Positions 1 to 14,106 are shown, numbered from the whole stretch's first letter. The stretch: 63,796 nucleotides of DNA, filler included, from Octopus bimaculoides (GCF_001194135.2; 6 parts of 6 records of this genome joined end to end with filler, not necessarily neighbours in it), one strand, 5' to 3'. Numbers and translations: made by a program. Notes: generated from the letters alone by a model not told the origin.

Positions 1-535
1 GATATTGGTGATTTGCTGATAGTTGCGGTGGTTGTGGTGGGTGACTGTAGTAGTGGTGGTGATGGTGGCGGTAGTGTTGTTGTTGTTGGTGGTTGTAGTG
101 GCGGTAGTGGTGGTGGTGGTGGTGATGGTGGTGTTAGTGGTGGTGCTGGTCGACACGGTAGAGGTGGTGCTGGTGCTGGTTGTTGTCGTAGTGGCAATAT
201 TAATGTTTGTTTTTATTGGATTGATTATTTGCAGTTACGACACTTGCTATTTTCGACAATATTCAGCGCTTGTGCTGCTTCTGCTGTTGCTGCTGCTGCT
301 TCTGCTGTTATGGCTGTTGCTGAGCATGGCAATGGCGATCCTGTTTATCCGGTGGCGGTTACAGCAACCAGGAATGCATCACGTAATTTCTTAATCAATA
401 ACGAAATTTTTGTGACAAAGAAATTAATTGTGAAATGTCCTGTAGAGGCAAACTGCGCCACGTGACGTGATTTTAACGGACATACACTTCCTACTGAACT
501 ACACAGCCACATACATGAGTACATATATGTGGTAA

Positions 536-772
536 GTAGCTGGCAGAAATGTTAGCACGCCGGGCGAAATGCTTAGCGGTGTTTCGTCTACCGTTACGTT
601 CTGAGTTCAAATTCCGCCGAGGTCGACTTTGCTTTTCATCCTTTCGGGGTCGATAAATTAAGTACTGGTTACGCTCTGGCGTCGATGTAATCGACTTAAT
701 CCCTTTGTCTGTTCTTGTTTGTCCCCTCTATGCTTAGCCCCTTGTGGGCAATAAAGAAATAAGTAGCTGGCT
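536..772 (+). mobile_element. tRNA-derived SINE, family A, near full length
   Basis: B-box-like gagttcaaattcc, core gtcgactttgc...gtcgataaattaagtac, tail gcccc ttgtgggcaataaagaaataag; recurs several times in the window. Confidence 0.85.
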
Positions 773-1857
773 TACCAGTCACATGGTTCCGGATACAGTG
801 CCACTGCGTGGCACCTTCGCCAAGTATCTTCTNNNNNNNNNNNNNNNNNNNNNNNNNNNNNNNNNNNNNNNNNNNNNNNNNNNNNNNNNNNNNNNNNNNN
901 NNNNNNNNNNNNNNNNNNNNNNNNNNNNNNNNNNNNNNNNNNNNNNNNNNNNNNNNNNNNNNNNNNNNNNNNNNNNNNNNNNNNNNNNNNNNNNNNNNNN
1001 NNNNNNNNNNNNNNNNNNNNNNNNNNNNNNNNNNNNNNNNNNNNNNNNNNNNNNNNNNNNNNNNNNNNNNNNNNNNNNNNNNNNNNNNNNNNNNNNNNNN
1101 NNNNNNNNNNNNNNNNNNNNNNNNNNNNNNNTATATATTGCGGATGAAAAGCGTGTCCATTTGATGGAAATATGTTGTATCAAGGATACCACGTTGATCA
1201 TCACGTACAAACACCTGAATATCGAGATCTTAAAGTCTAAACCGATTATTATTATGAGGAAGTTAAATTCCATCAACAACAACAGACAAAAGTTAAGAGG
1301 CCTTATATTCGCTTTATAACACCATACGTCATCCAGTCATTCTTTCACACCTGTTCAAAAAGGAGCTAAATTCATTCGCTCATTCCTATTGATTAGGGTT
1401 CGTCCAGACGGATTTGAAGAAAGACGAAGTATATTAATACAATGAAAAATTGTAAACGATTTGTATTTGCTTTTGTTTTTATTGTTTTTATTTTCTCCTT
1501 GCACTGTAGTGGACTTTGTGAAATGATTTATACATTCATGAATATTTATGAATATATTTATATTCATGAAACACTTTATATATTTATATAGCTATGAAAT
1601 ATTTATAAATATATTTATATAAAGTGTTCCACATTATGAATCACTTCAGATACTACCATAATTATATCGATCACAAAGAATATCAGGCAGAATATAGCTA
1701 GAAGTACGGCTACAGATATGGCACGATCTACTCGGACAAAGATATCGCATATAACAATAATTAAAACCAGTGAAAATTATGTCTTAGAATTATTACATTA
1801 TGAACAAATTCTACCCCAAGAGAAGGTTACATATATGGTACATTCTAGCTCGGACAA

Positions 1858-2190
1858 CGGTAAAGGGTAAAGACCCCCCTTCGGTCATGAATGACTATGG
1901 GATTGCACCTAGAAAGTTACCCTCCAAGGCACAAGTCCGGACAAGGTCGCTTATGAATGACCCATGAATACCTGTGTCCCCTCTCCACTCTACCAATGTT
2001 ATCATAGGGAAGGGCAAAGACCGATACAGCTTGGCACCTGTGACGTCGCAACTCATTTCTACAGCTGAGTGAACTGGAGCAACGTGAAATAAAGTGTCTT
2101 GCTCAAGAACACAGCACACAGCTCGGTCCGGGAGTCGAACTCACTAACTCATGATTTTAAGCACGACGCTCTAATCACTGACCCATATAA
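1858..2190 (-). mobile_element. Third SINE-like family (C); related fragments near 9140-9350 and 17335-17490
   Basis: tRNA-like head at the right end (reverse complement of gtccgggagtcgaactc); shared gaaataaagtgtcttgctcaagaacac motif with 9235-9275. Confidence 0.6.
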
Positions 2191-2668
2191 AGTTATCGCC
2201 TATAATAATAGTCCACTTCGATGCTACTTATGTCTAAGGACCAAACTCTACTCCAAGAATAACCAAAAGGATTACAGCGGTATCTATCTGAAGATCATAA
2301 GTCGTCTCCCATTCCCTGAGCAGTCGTCTGCCAATCAACGATCATATGATACAGAACGTAATATAAAATAACGAACACAGATCTTTTACTTCAACCAAAA
2401 CGCCATCAGCTGAACATTTCTGTATTTAAATTCATGAGATGCTAATGTAAATTTATGATATGTAATTAGTAAAAGGTAACTAAATATAGATATTTAGCAT
2501 CACAGGTATGCATTTATAAATATCAATATATATACTGAACATCACAGGTATGCAATTAGAAAAAATAGCTCTCCGAAGTGTATTAGGTTTTCTAACATAC
2601 ATTTCCGAATAAATCAACGTGGAAATATTTTCCCACCTCGTTAAAGCAGGATGTTTTTTAGCTCGATG

Positions 2669-2742
<74 letters not shown>

Positions 2743-3235
2743 TATATAATACACGCTTATATTTTTTTAATTGTTATTCTGTGTGAATTTTCGTTTTATT
2801 TTCCATTTTCATCATTAGAAATTTAATCCAATACCAGAAATTTATATAATTAATGAATAATTAATTAGACACACAAGCTTAAATATCCCACCTATATACA
2901 CATACACACTTATACACACACGTACACAAAAGCTCACGGAAGGACAGATATAGTATTGCTCGTATGTATATACATTTATTTCAATACACACAAACAAACA
3001 CACATACACACACTCACACACATACACACACACACATGCACGCACTCACCCCCCCCCCACACACACATATATATATATGCATGTATGTGTATCCATTGTA
3101 CACTTACACACATATTTATTCATATATGCTGTTTATATTTATATATGCACGGTTTCCAATTATGTATAAATATATATATATATATACATATATGTATATA
3201 TATACATATACATATATACACATGTATATATTCAT

Positions 3236-3299
<64 letters not shown>

Positions 3300-4311
3300 A
3301 AATACATACATATATACATTGGCACACATACATAGACGTAGTCCTATTATCTTCTGCGCTGCTCCCTTTATTTTTAATCTCATTTCAAATTCCACTCCCC
3401 TCTTCTTCTCACCCTTCCCCACNNNNNNNNNNNNNNNNNNNNNNNNNNNNNNNNNNNNNNNNNNNNNNNNNNNNNNNNNNNNNNNNNNNNNNNNNNNNNN
3501 NNNNNNNNNNNNNNNNNNNNNNNNNNNNNNNNNNNNNNNNNNNNNNNNNNNNNNNNNNNNNNNNNNNNNNNNNNNNNNNNNNNNNNNNNNNNNNNNNNNN
3601 NNNNNNNNNNNNNNNNNNNNNNNNNNNNNNNNNNNNNNNNNNNNNNNNNNNNNNNNNNNNNNNNNNNNNNNNNNNNNNNNNNNNNNNNNNNNNNNNNNNN
3701 NNNNNNNNNNNNNNNNNNNNNNNNNNNNNNNNNNNNNNNNNNNNNNNNNNNNNNNNNNNNNNNNNNNNNNNNNNNNNNNNNNNNNNNNNNNNNNNNNNNN
3801 NNNNNNNNNNNNNNNNNNNNNNNNNNNNNNNNNNNNNNNNNNNNNNNNNNNNNNNNNNNNNNNNNNNNNNNNNNNNNNNNNNNNNNNNNNNNNNNNNNNN
3901 NNNNNNNNNNNNNNNNNNNNNNNNNNNNNNNNNNNNNNNNNNNNNNNNNNNNNNNNNNNNNNNNNNNNNNNNNNNNNNNNNNNNNNNNNNNNNNNNNNNN
4001 NNNNNNNNNNNNNNNNNNNNNNNNNNNNNNNNNNNNNNNNNNNNNNNNNNNNNNNNNNNNNNNNNNNNNNNNNNNNNNNNNNNNNNNNNNNNNNNNNNNN
4101 NNNNNNNNNNNNNNNNNNNNNNNNNNNNNNNNNNNNNNNNNNNNNNNNNNNNNNNNNNNNNNNNNNNNNNNNNNNNNNNNNNNNNNNNNNNNNNNNNNNN
4201 NNNNNNNNNNNNNNNNNNNNNNNNNNNNNNNNTATATATAGTTATACAGATATATGTATATATATATATATATACATATGTATACACATATATGGATATA
4301 CACAGTATATA

Positions 4312-4345
<34 letters not shown>

Positions 4346-4989
4346 AAATCATCAGAATTATAAAGCTCTTCGGTTTCGTGCATGGCACGAATAAAAGCAT
4401 ATATGTGTGTATCAATGTGTGTGAGTGTATATAGACAGACAGATAGACATATATAGACAGACAGACACATAAACAGATACATACATACATACATACATAT
4501 ACGCGGCAGATTAAGCCACCTTGTGTAAACATTACTTAATGCATGTATACTTTGGGTATAATATTTTAATCAAAGAATGTTCACGTATTTGCTTTATTAG
4601 AAATTATGAAACGGACACTTTAATATTCCTTTTAATGAAGCGTTTACCCGTTTACTTTCTAAAAGATCGTTTCTATTAAATTTTGTGTACCTTTATGCAT
4701 GTTAGGTGCATATTAGATAAATTATGATCAACACATATCTGGTTTGCATGATACAACCTACTTACGTAACATATAACATGAGTAGCAGGAATATTTGGCA
4801 TTCGCAAATACCAACTCACTACCTAGATATCGAACCAGGATCACTGTATCCACTGCAAAAGCTACTATACAACACGAACGCTATTCGTTCAATCATTGAT
4901 GGCGGCAGCAAGTACTGGCCCTTCGGTTTTCTCTAGAACAGGATCTTGTTTACAATTTCATGCAAATTCGATACAAGCTTACATAATAA

Positions 4990-5089
4990 ACCGCGATAAG
5001 AGAACCGCGATAAGAGAACCGCGATAGGAGAACCGCGATAGGAGAACCGCGATAGGTGAATTGGGATATGGTGAGAGATTATTGTATAC
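4990..5089. mobile_element. Right end of the same pogo-like MITE family with tandem 14-bp subterminal repeats
   Basis: About five copies of aaccgcgata(a/g)gag followed by gatatggtgagagattattgTA. Confidence 0.65.
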
Positions 5090-5725
5090 AGTACCGTGCA
5101 AACGTCTTCGGCTACTTTAAACTATTGTAAATTTCTACTAATTGTCAACGAATCGATGGTTCGCATTGCATTTTTTACAGAAGAATCATTGGCCCTGTTG
5201 GTGTCATTTCCATACCTAATAATTACATTTTGTAGTAGGGGTTCGGAATGAGAGAGGATGTTGCAAGACAACCACCAAAAATGGCCGGGTAAAATTTTTC
5301 GGCCATCTCACACAAACCAATCAAGATACAGTGTTTCAAAACGGAAAAATGTCTAGGCAAAGAAATGACGCATTCGTCTTTTAATTCAGTACATATACAT
5401 ATATAGACAGACATAAATATACGCATCTAAATATATATATATATATATATANNNNNNNNNNNNNNNNNNNNNNNNNNNNNNNNNNNNNNNNNNNNNNNNN
5501 NNNNNNNNNNNNNNNNNNNNNNNNNNNNNNNNNNNNNNNNNNNNNNNNNNNNNNNNNNNNNNNNNNNNNNNNNNNNNNNNNNNNNNNNNNNNNNNNNNNN
5601 NNNNNNNNNNNNNNNNNNNNNNNNNNNNNNNNNNNNNNNNNNNNNNNNNNNNNNNNNNNNNNNNNNNNNNNNNNNNNNNNNNNNNNNNNNNNNNNNNNNN
5701 NNNNNNNNNNNNNNNNNNNNNNNNN

Positions 5726-5757
<32 letters not shown>

Positions 5758-6529
5758 ACATACGCTCACACACACACAGATATATACATACACACAGAAA
5801 AGATACAAATAAGTATGCACATATGCACACATACATGGAAATGCATGTGCAACAATTCACGTAAATGAATGCATATAAGAACCACACATATATGTGTATA
5901 TATATACATATACATATATATATATACATACACACACACACGTATATATGTATGTATGTATGTATATATATGTAAATTCATATATACACACGTACATACA
6001 CAACTTCGCAGGTAAACATGTCAACACTTATAAATAGCGTACATTTTGTCATATAAAGCATATATACCTATATACATGCACATATATATGTATGTGCGTA
6101 CATGTTTGCGTGTATGCACACTCAGATAGGTGAAGAGGTACGCATACATGAATAATACATACATACAAACTCAAAAACTGTACACTCACCCCTAAAAAAA
6201 AATATTATTATGGGTCACGTAAAGTCAAAAAGAATTTGATTGGTTAAATATTTTTTTTAAATAGATAGCGTTTCTATATAATCTAATTAAATCGGTTTTT
6301 GCTTCTAAAAGAATCTAATTAAGTCGGTTTTGCTTCCAAAAGATAAGACACTTATATCTATATAAATAGAACTGAATTTATTTATGTGGTAAGGGCGCTT
6401 GTTTCTTCAAACGAAAAGAAATTTTCAATTTAATGTATGTAAGGGGAGGTAAATATTCAGTAACATTTAAATATCTAATAAGTATTAAATTAAGCATTTA
6501 AATATATGATTTTGTTTTCTAATTTAATA

Positions 6530-6783
6530 TTATGATGGTGCATAATTATTGCGGCTCTTTTTTCAATAAATTTTATTCGACAAAAACAATAACAATATTT
6601 AACAAAAACATATTTAAATGATTATTCCGGAACATATTCACCATCTACTTCAATTACTGCTTCCCATTTGCTTGGCAGACGGTCGGAATAATCATGTAAA
6701 GACGAATTTTGTTAAATGTTGTTAGTATTTTTGTTGAATAAAATTTATTGAAAAAATGCCGCAATAATTATGCACCTACCTAA
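6530..6783. mobile_element. Mariner (Hsmar1/MADE1-like) MITE, 254 bp
   Basis: TIRs ttatgatggtgcataattattgcggc / gccgcaataattatgcacctacctaa, each flanked by TA; close to the Hsmar1-type TTAGGTTGGTGCA terminus. Confidence 0.8.
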
Positions 6784-7185
6784 TATAATGTTCTTACCTA
6801 TGTTGGAATTCATTTTATTTTACTTTTATTCTAGAAGGTCCACTTTGTTCAATTCCTTCACGAATCTCCTCATTACTTAAAATAAGAAAACATACAACTA
6901 AACTTCCAGACACATACATAATTCCTTTTCCAGTTCTGTTGTTTTTATTTTCGTTTCCNNNNNNNNNNNNNNNNNNNNNNNNNNNNNNNNNNNNNNNNNN
7001 NNNNNNNNNNNNNNNNNNNNNNNNNNNNNNNNNNNNNNNNNNNNNNNNNNNNNNNNNNNNNNNNNNNNNNNNNNNNNNNNNNNNNNNNNNNNNNNNNNNN
7101 NNNNNNNNNNNNNNNNNNNNNNNNNNNNNNNNNNNNNNNNNNNNNNNNNNNNNNNNNNNNNNNNNNNNNNNNNNNNNNNNNNNNN

Positions 7186-7226
<41 letters not shown>

Positions 7227-8004
7227 GCACCCACATACACACACATATAATCACCAGCGTTTAGACTTCGATAATTTTGTGTTTTAATTGAATATAATGT
7301 TCTCTAGCTCAGAGCAGAAATTCATGCCAACATTTCTATATTCCTGAGGCAATGGAATTTGGTCGAAGAATTTATATTGCAATATTCGAATGTTAAATAA
7401 ATTCAATTACAGTATTTACTCCAGACTATTGCAGCTCCCAACTGTTAGCAACGTGATTTATTTTGCTCTATTTTTACCATTTATTTAGCAACAATCGCGA
7501 AAGTATGTTTTACTCAGACTTGTTGTAGACGATTTTGGCAGTAGTAGTAGTAGTCGTAGTAGTAGTTTCTTTATTATTTGCGAGACAGGGGACAATTCAT
7601 TGCCCATCAACCTTTAACAGGGCTTTCCATACTGGTAGAGATATAGAGACAGAGACAAACAGAGGTACAGAGATAGCGAGCGAGAGAGAGAGAAAGTGAG
7701 AGAGAAGGAGACAGATAGACAGAGACTAAGAGAGAGAAAGACTGGAATGTATTTTCAAACAGGTAACTAGGTCAAATGATCCGTGAAAGTCAGCCAAGGT
7801 GCCGGGTGTTCGTTGTTAAACAGGCTTCTGTGTTTAATCTACCTCGCCACCACAAGAATGGCTTTCGCAAGATTCGAACTCAGATCGCAAAGAGCTGGAA
7901 GTTACACCGCAAAGCTTCCGCTCCCACGTTCTTATACACAGACGCTTATATATTTACGTGTACATATGAGTGTATGTGTATGTATCGATGTTCGTGTGGA
8001 GATT

Positions 8005-8049
<45 letters not shown>

Positions 8050-8785
8050 NNNNNNNNNNNNNNNNNNNNNNNNNNNNNNNNNNNNNNNNNNNNNNNNNNN
8101 NNNNNNNNNNNNNNNNNNNNNNNNNNNNNNNNNNNNNNNNNNNNNNNNNNNNNNNNNNNNNNNNNNNNNNNNNNNNNNNNNNNNNNNNNNNNNNNNNNNN
8201 NNNNNNNNNNNNNNNNNNNNNNNNNNNNNNNNNNNNNNNNNNNNNNNNNNNNNNNNNNNNNNNNNNNNNNNNNNNNNNNNNNNNNNNNNNNNNNNNNNNN
8301 NNNNNNNNNNNNNNNNNNNNNNNNNNNNNNNNNNNNNNNNNNNNNNNNNNNNNNNNNNNNNNNNNNNNNNNNNNNNNNNNNNNNNNNNNNNNNNNNNNNN
8401 NNNNNNNNNNNNNNNNNNNNNNNNNNNNNNNNNNNNNNNNNNNNNNNNNNNNNNNNNNNNNNNNNNNNNNNNNNNNNNNNNNNNNNNNNNNNNNNNNNNN
8501 NNNNNNNNNNNNNNNNNNNNNNNNNNTATATATATATATATATATATGTATATATGTACCTTCTTAACACAACCCCACTATATATATGTATATATATGTA
8601 TGTGTATGTATGTATATGTATGTATATATGTATATATATGTATGTGTATGTATGTATATGTATGTATATATGTATATATATGTATGGATATATGCATGTA
8701 TATGATAAAAGGACCAGTCAAAGCGTAAACCACGGTTAAGAGTAATTTCGAAGGGGATGAAAAAATAAAACACTTTCAATAGTTA

Positions 8786-8859
8786 CCACTTGTACCTAGG
8801 TTTCGAACATGAATGAACGAATAAAATAATTTGCTGTCCGTGTTCTTCATCAGCAATGG
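8786..8859 (-). ncRNA. Type I hammerhead ribozyme motif, palindromic helix III, extra A after A9
   Basis: Minus strand ccattg-CTGATGA-a-gaaca...tgttc-GAA-ACCTAGGT-A-caagtgg; helix I 6 bp with a 1-nt bulge. Confidence 0.62.
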
Positions 8860-8959
8860 CGCATAATTATGATACGTATAATTATGAGACAAAAATGTTA
8901 GCATGCAATTTCTATTTGCTGCGCTTGCGCGGTGGATTTGAAAAATTATAATGAATCTT

Positions 8960-9108
8960 TACTTCTCTCGGCACAAGGCCCGAAATTTGTGGGAGGGGAC
9001 CAGTCGACGAGATCGAACCCAGTACGCAACTGGTACTTAATTTAACGATCCCCGTAAGGAGGAAAGGCAAAGTCGACTTCGGCGGAATTTGAACTCAGAG
9101 CGTAAAGA
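8960..9108 (-). mobile_element. SINE family A-related partial copy
   Basis: aaagtcgacttcggcggaatttgaactcag is the reverse complement of the family A core. Confidence 0.7.
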
Positions 9109-9614
9109 CATCTTCCAGCTTGCTACCTTAAAATTAGCATAGGGCCGGTTACCTGGTTCCTTCTGGCGCACATACTACTACCTGGATAGGGCGCCAGTCC
9201 ATTTTAGGACTATTCATCTTTGCTAGCTGATGCAACATGAAATGAAGTGTTTTGGTCAGTCAAGAACACAATGCATCGCCCGGTCCAGAATTCGACACTA
9301 CAATCTTACAATCATGAGTCCAACACCTTTACGACTTGAAAAACCATGCACCTCCACTTTGGGTCATATAACTGACTGCTATTTCTAGCAAGTTTAACTA
9401 GCATATATAACATTGATGTTTCAGTATAAAATCTATTGTGAAATTATTTACTGTTGTCGAGACATCGTGTTCCTGTTAAAATAATTTCACTAAAGACATA
9501 CCCTGAGGAATTCTCCTAAGAGAATTTATGCAAATATTTCCGATATTTTACATAAACAGTGAATGCTTCAATGTAGCTGGCCATTACCATATAGGTTACA
9601 CTAGGCATCACTGC

Positions 9615-9647
<33 letters not shown>

Positions 9648-9802
9648 CTCATTCTCTCCCTCTTTCCCTTTCCCTCTCCATCTCTCTCGTTCTCTCCGTC
9701 ACTCTTTCTCCGTGTCTCACTCTGTCGTTCTCTCTCCGTTCCAGTGTCCCTCCGTGTATTGCTGTCTCTATCTCTGTGACCCTCTCCGTCTGTTTCACTG
9801 TT

Positions 9803-9883
<81 letters not shown>

Positions 9884-10130
9884 CTATCTATATATATATA
9901 TATATAAATATATTTCTCTCTTTCTCCCCTCCCCCTTTCGCTATNNNNNNNNNNNNNNNNNNNNNNNNNNNNNNNNNNNNNNNNNNNNNNNNNNNNNNNN
10001 NNNNNNNNNNNNNNNNNNNNNNNNNNNNNNNNNNNNNNNNNNNNNNNNNNNNNNNNNNNNNNNNNNNNNNNNNNNNNNNNNNNNNNNNNNNNNNTATATG
10101 CACACTCACGCACACACACATGTACCTACA

Positions 10131-10173
<43 letters not shown>

Positions 10174-10370
10174 TTGTATATACGTATAGATAGATAGATA
10201 GATAGACAGACATATTGATAGACATTTGCATAGATGTATGATTACTTTCTAAGACACATACCTGTCAATGTATATATGCTGATGTGCGTGTATAAATAGG
10301 CCCTTCGTATATTTGTACATTCACACACACGAAAACCCAGGTTCGAATGCAGTGATACGCCGCTGCTCTG

Positions 10371-10419
<49 letters not shown>

Positions 10420-10443
10420 TTTCGTTTAAAGGAATATAGAAAT

Positions 10444-10635
10444 ACAGTAATCTCTCACCATATCGCGTTTCACTTATCACGCACTCAGTACATCGCGGTT
10501 CACCTATCGTGCACTCAGGACATCGCGGTTCACCTATCACGCTCTCAGTACATTGCAGATTTTTTTCTGGCTAATATAAGTAAATTTATATTGCGGACTG
10601 CTCAGTATATCGCGGATTTGTGCGGCCGATAGGTC
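10444..10635. mobile_element. Left end of pogo-like MITE family
   Basis: TA cagtaatctctcaccatatcgcg followed by repeated cgcggttcacctatc units. Confidence 0.65.
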
Positions 10636-11554
10636 TTTATATATAATGATAATTTATAAGTGGCAATAAAACAATAGCCTACAATTTTATAATTTCAAAC
10701 AAACGGAACAAATGATAGATTCTTGTTTCTGCAATTTGATTATTTGACTATTAGTGCATAAAATATACAAGCGGCCCTTAAAAAAATATTCTCTGATTAA
10801 AGAGGCCCGCAATATAATTCGAGTTGTCCAGGCGTGAGCTAGATGGATAAAAGAACTAATGAGATGGTCTTTCGCAAGATAAACTGACCAGAATAAGTGT
10901 TAAATATTATCAGGAAAAGAAAAGGGACCCGACCGGCCACATATTTACGTAAAAGTCAAGCGCCGGTTAACAGGTGCGGTAACCGGCAAGAGGAAAACAT
11001 AAAACCAGATTTAGCGTTAGCATCAAAGGAACCAGTGGCAACAATTTTGCAGGACTGTGCAGACTGCCAAACAGAAATGGATGGAGGACCGCGGCGGCTC
11101 AATTATTTGAGCCTTCCATCTAGACTCTAGATTCTAGAGAATAAGATACTTCAACAAAATCATAAAAATCACAAAATTTATATATATATATTTTTCCAAA
11201 GATATTCTCGATAATTCACATATAAATGCGTGCATATCACAATTTAATTTAAATATTTAATATCCATAGGCGCGATATATCCGAGGTTGCACGTTAGTTG
11301 ATTTCGCAACTAGGTTTTATTGCACGAAGTTATTTTCTCTTCGTATATATTCCGTAAGGACTTAAATTGCTTTCGTTATAAAAATTCTGGTCTTTCAGTT
11401 CATAGCATTATAATTAGCCTTAAACCTAAATAAGCTGCTTTTCAAAAACAAATTATAATCCATAATATAATAAACAGCTCTTAAATTGATTTGTACCTTG
11501 TCGTGAAAGACAGTAAACTAACGCCAACATAAGACACCATTGACATGCATACAT

Positions 11555-11635
<81 letters not shown>

Positions 11636-11723
11636 TATACATATATATACATATATACAAATATATACATATATATATATATACATACATACATATATAT
11701 ATCTATGTATATACATATATACG

Positions 11724-11756
<33 letters not shown>

Positions 11757-11761
11757 GTATA

Positions 11762-11802
<41 letters not shown>

Positions 11803-11861
11803 NNNNNNNNNNNNNNNNNNNNNNNNNNNNNNNNNNNNNNNNNNNNNNNNNNNNNNNNNNN

Positions 11862-11910
<49 letters not shown>

Positions 11911-12179
11911 CTGTTTATCTGTCTATCGTTTACATTTTTATCTACGTTTTTATTCATGTTTTCCTTCCGATTTATTTTGTATTATTTATTACAGATTAAA
12001 TCTTTTATATTTATTTATTTATTTATTTATTTTTTAAATATTTTTCCAACTTCATCAAAAAATGTTTCCCTGTTGCGATGAAGTTGAACATTTTATATTG
12101 TTCTGTTCGTTATTGATGTTTCCTCGTGTGATAATTGCGATTCCTCTTTGTCTCTCAGAGATATGCGATACCCGCAATC

Positions 12180-12219
<40 letters not shown>

Positions 12220-12346
12220 CAGCAGCAGCACAAGAGACACTAGTAATTTTAATGTGTTCGCGCTTTACGTACGTATTTCTGTATGTCTTGTTGTCGTCAT
12301 TGTCCACAATTGTCGTAGCAATTGCTGTTGTAGTTGCTATTGTTGC

Positions 12347-12395
<49 letters not shown>

Positions 12396-12475
12396 GCTGC
12401 TGCTGNNNNNNNNNNTGTTGTTGTTGTTGTTGTTGTTGTTGCTGCTGCTGCTGCTGCTTCTGCTGTTGTTGTTTT
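12180..12475. repeat. (TAG)n/(CAG)n and (TGT)n/(TGC)n compound microsatellites
   Basis: Directly visible. Confidence 0.95.
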
Positions 12476-12648
12476 TACTATGGCATCTTAATTATCTTGT
12501 CTGTGTTTAATTCCATTCGACACGGAATCATTTTTCCGATATCATGAAAGAGTCATATCATAACATGACATATGCGTAGGCATGTGTGTGTGTTTATACA
12601 TATAAATATACATACATACACACACACACACACATATATATATATACA

Positions 12649-12708
<60 letters not shown>

Positions 12709-13268
12709 GTTCTAGATGAAATTTGAAGTATATATATGCATATATACATGTATATACAAATAGATATTTATGTTTATACATACACGTATATATATAGAAA
12801 TGCAATATGAAAATACGTATACATACATGTATATAGATAAAAATATATGATACAATACAATATAATATGATATATATAATACAATACAATATAACATAAT
12901 ACGATATAATATATATATATATGTATATATGTTATGTATGTGTATACATACAAAAGATGCAAGCATACGTACATATATATGCATACATAGATACATGCAT
13001 ACATACATACATACACACACACATACATACATATATAAATACACACATACATACATACATACATATATACACAGGCACCTTTGCATGTCTTTGGGGACGT
13101 CTTCATTAGTAACAGTTGTTGAAAAGAAGAATGTCAGCTCCAGAATAAACAGAGAAAGCAGACATTATCAATTATACTACATTAATATTGTTATCATTAT
13201 TGTCATAACAACAACGACGATGATATCAATATACTTGAAAATAATTATTTTAAAACACTATTATTGTT

Positions 13269-13299
<31 letters not shown>

Positions 13300-13313
13300 T
13301 TATTATTATTATT

Positions 13314-13413
13314 NNNNNNNNNNNNNNNNNNNNNNNNNNNNNNNNNNNNNNNNNNNNTTAATTAATTAANNNNNNNNNNNNNNNNNNNNNNNNNNNNNNN
13401 NNNNNNNNNNNNN
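13314..13413. other. Artificial 100-bp spacer (44 N + TTAATTAATTAA + 44 N); also 23283-23382, 33124-33223, 52738-52837, 62517-62616
   Basis: Identical structure five times; the 12-mer is a palindrome with TAA in all six frames. Confidence 0.95.
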
Positions 13414-14106
13414 TCGCACCATCAACTGACCAAACTTCAGGTTCCTCAACACAATATTCAACAACCTCTATGTCATCATCTGTAACAACTGACGCCCAGT
13501 CAACTGACCAAACCACACGTCCCTCGACACAATATTCAACACCTATGTCATCTGATGTAACAACAATCGCACCATCAACTGACCAAACTTCAGGTTCCTC
13601 AACACAATATTCAACAACCTCTATGTCATCAGATGTAAAAACAAGCACCCCATCAATAGACAAAGCCACAGGTCCCTCCACGCAATACTCAGCACCCTCT
13701 ATGTCATCAGATGTAACAACTGACGCCCAGTCAACTGATCAAACCACACGTCCCTCGACACAATATTCAACACCTATGTCATCTGATGTAACAACAATCG
13801 CACTATCAACTGACAAAACATCAGGTTCTTCAACACAATATTCAACAACCTCTATGTTATCAGATGTAAAAACAAGCACCCCATCAATAGACAAAGCCAC
13901 AGGTCCCTCCACACAATATTCAGCACCTTCTATGTCATCTAATGTAACAACAATCGCAACATCAACTGGCCAAACCTCAGGTCCCTCAACACAGTATTCA
14001 TCATCCTCTATGTCTTCAAATGTAACAACAATTGCAGAATCAACAGACAAAACCACACGTCCCTCCACACAATATTCAAGAACCTCTATGTCATCACTGA
14101 CTAATG
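13414..14106 (+). CDS. Mucin-like/NIDO gene, Ser/Thr/Pro-rich tandem-repeat exon (5'-truncated by spacer)
   Basis: Open frame from 13416 (APSTDQTSGSSTQYSTTS MSSSVTTDAQSTDQTTRPSTQYSTP...) made of 25-26-aa PTS units; ends ACT AAT G|gtacgt (donor 14107, phase 1). Confidence 0.85.

Noticed and set aside
13-465. Gly-rich and Val-rich ORFs
   Set aside because: Degenerate GGT/GCT triplet repeats open in two frames; no recognisable domain.
4345-4392. Permuted GAAA...CTGATGA arrangement on the minus strand
   Set aside because: No helix III/NUH or helix I can be drawn.
2956-4532. Long [12 protein letters not shown] ORFs and ORFs running through X (also throughout the window)
   Set aside because: Artefacts of dinucleotide microsatellites and N gaps.
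4990-5056. Short direct repeats resembling a CRISPR array (also 63292-63424)
   Set aside because: Eukaryotic context, no unique spacers of regular length and no cas genes; the 4990 array is explained as MITE subterminal repeats.
10897-11130. 77-aa ORF ending in a GGCTCAA/TTGAGCC hairpin and several CTAG, suggesting a Helitron 3' end
   Set aside because: No CTAG is followed by the expected T, no matching 5' end was seen, and the peptide has no recognisable motif.
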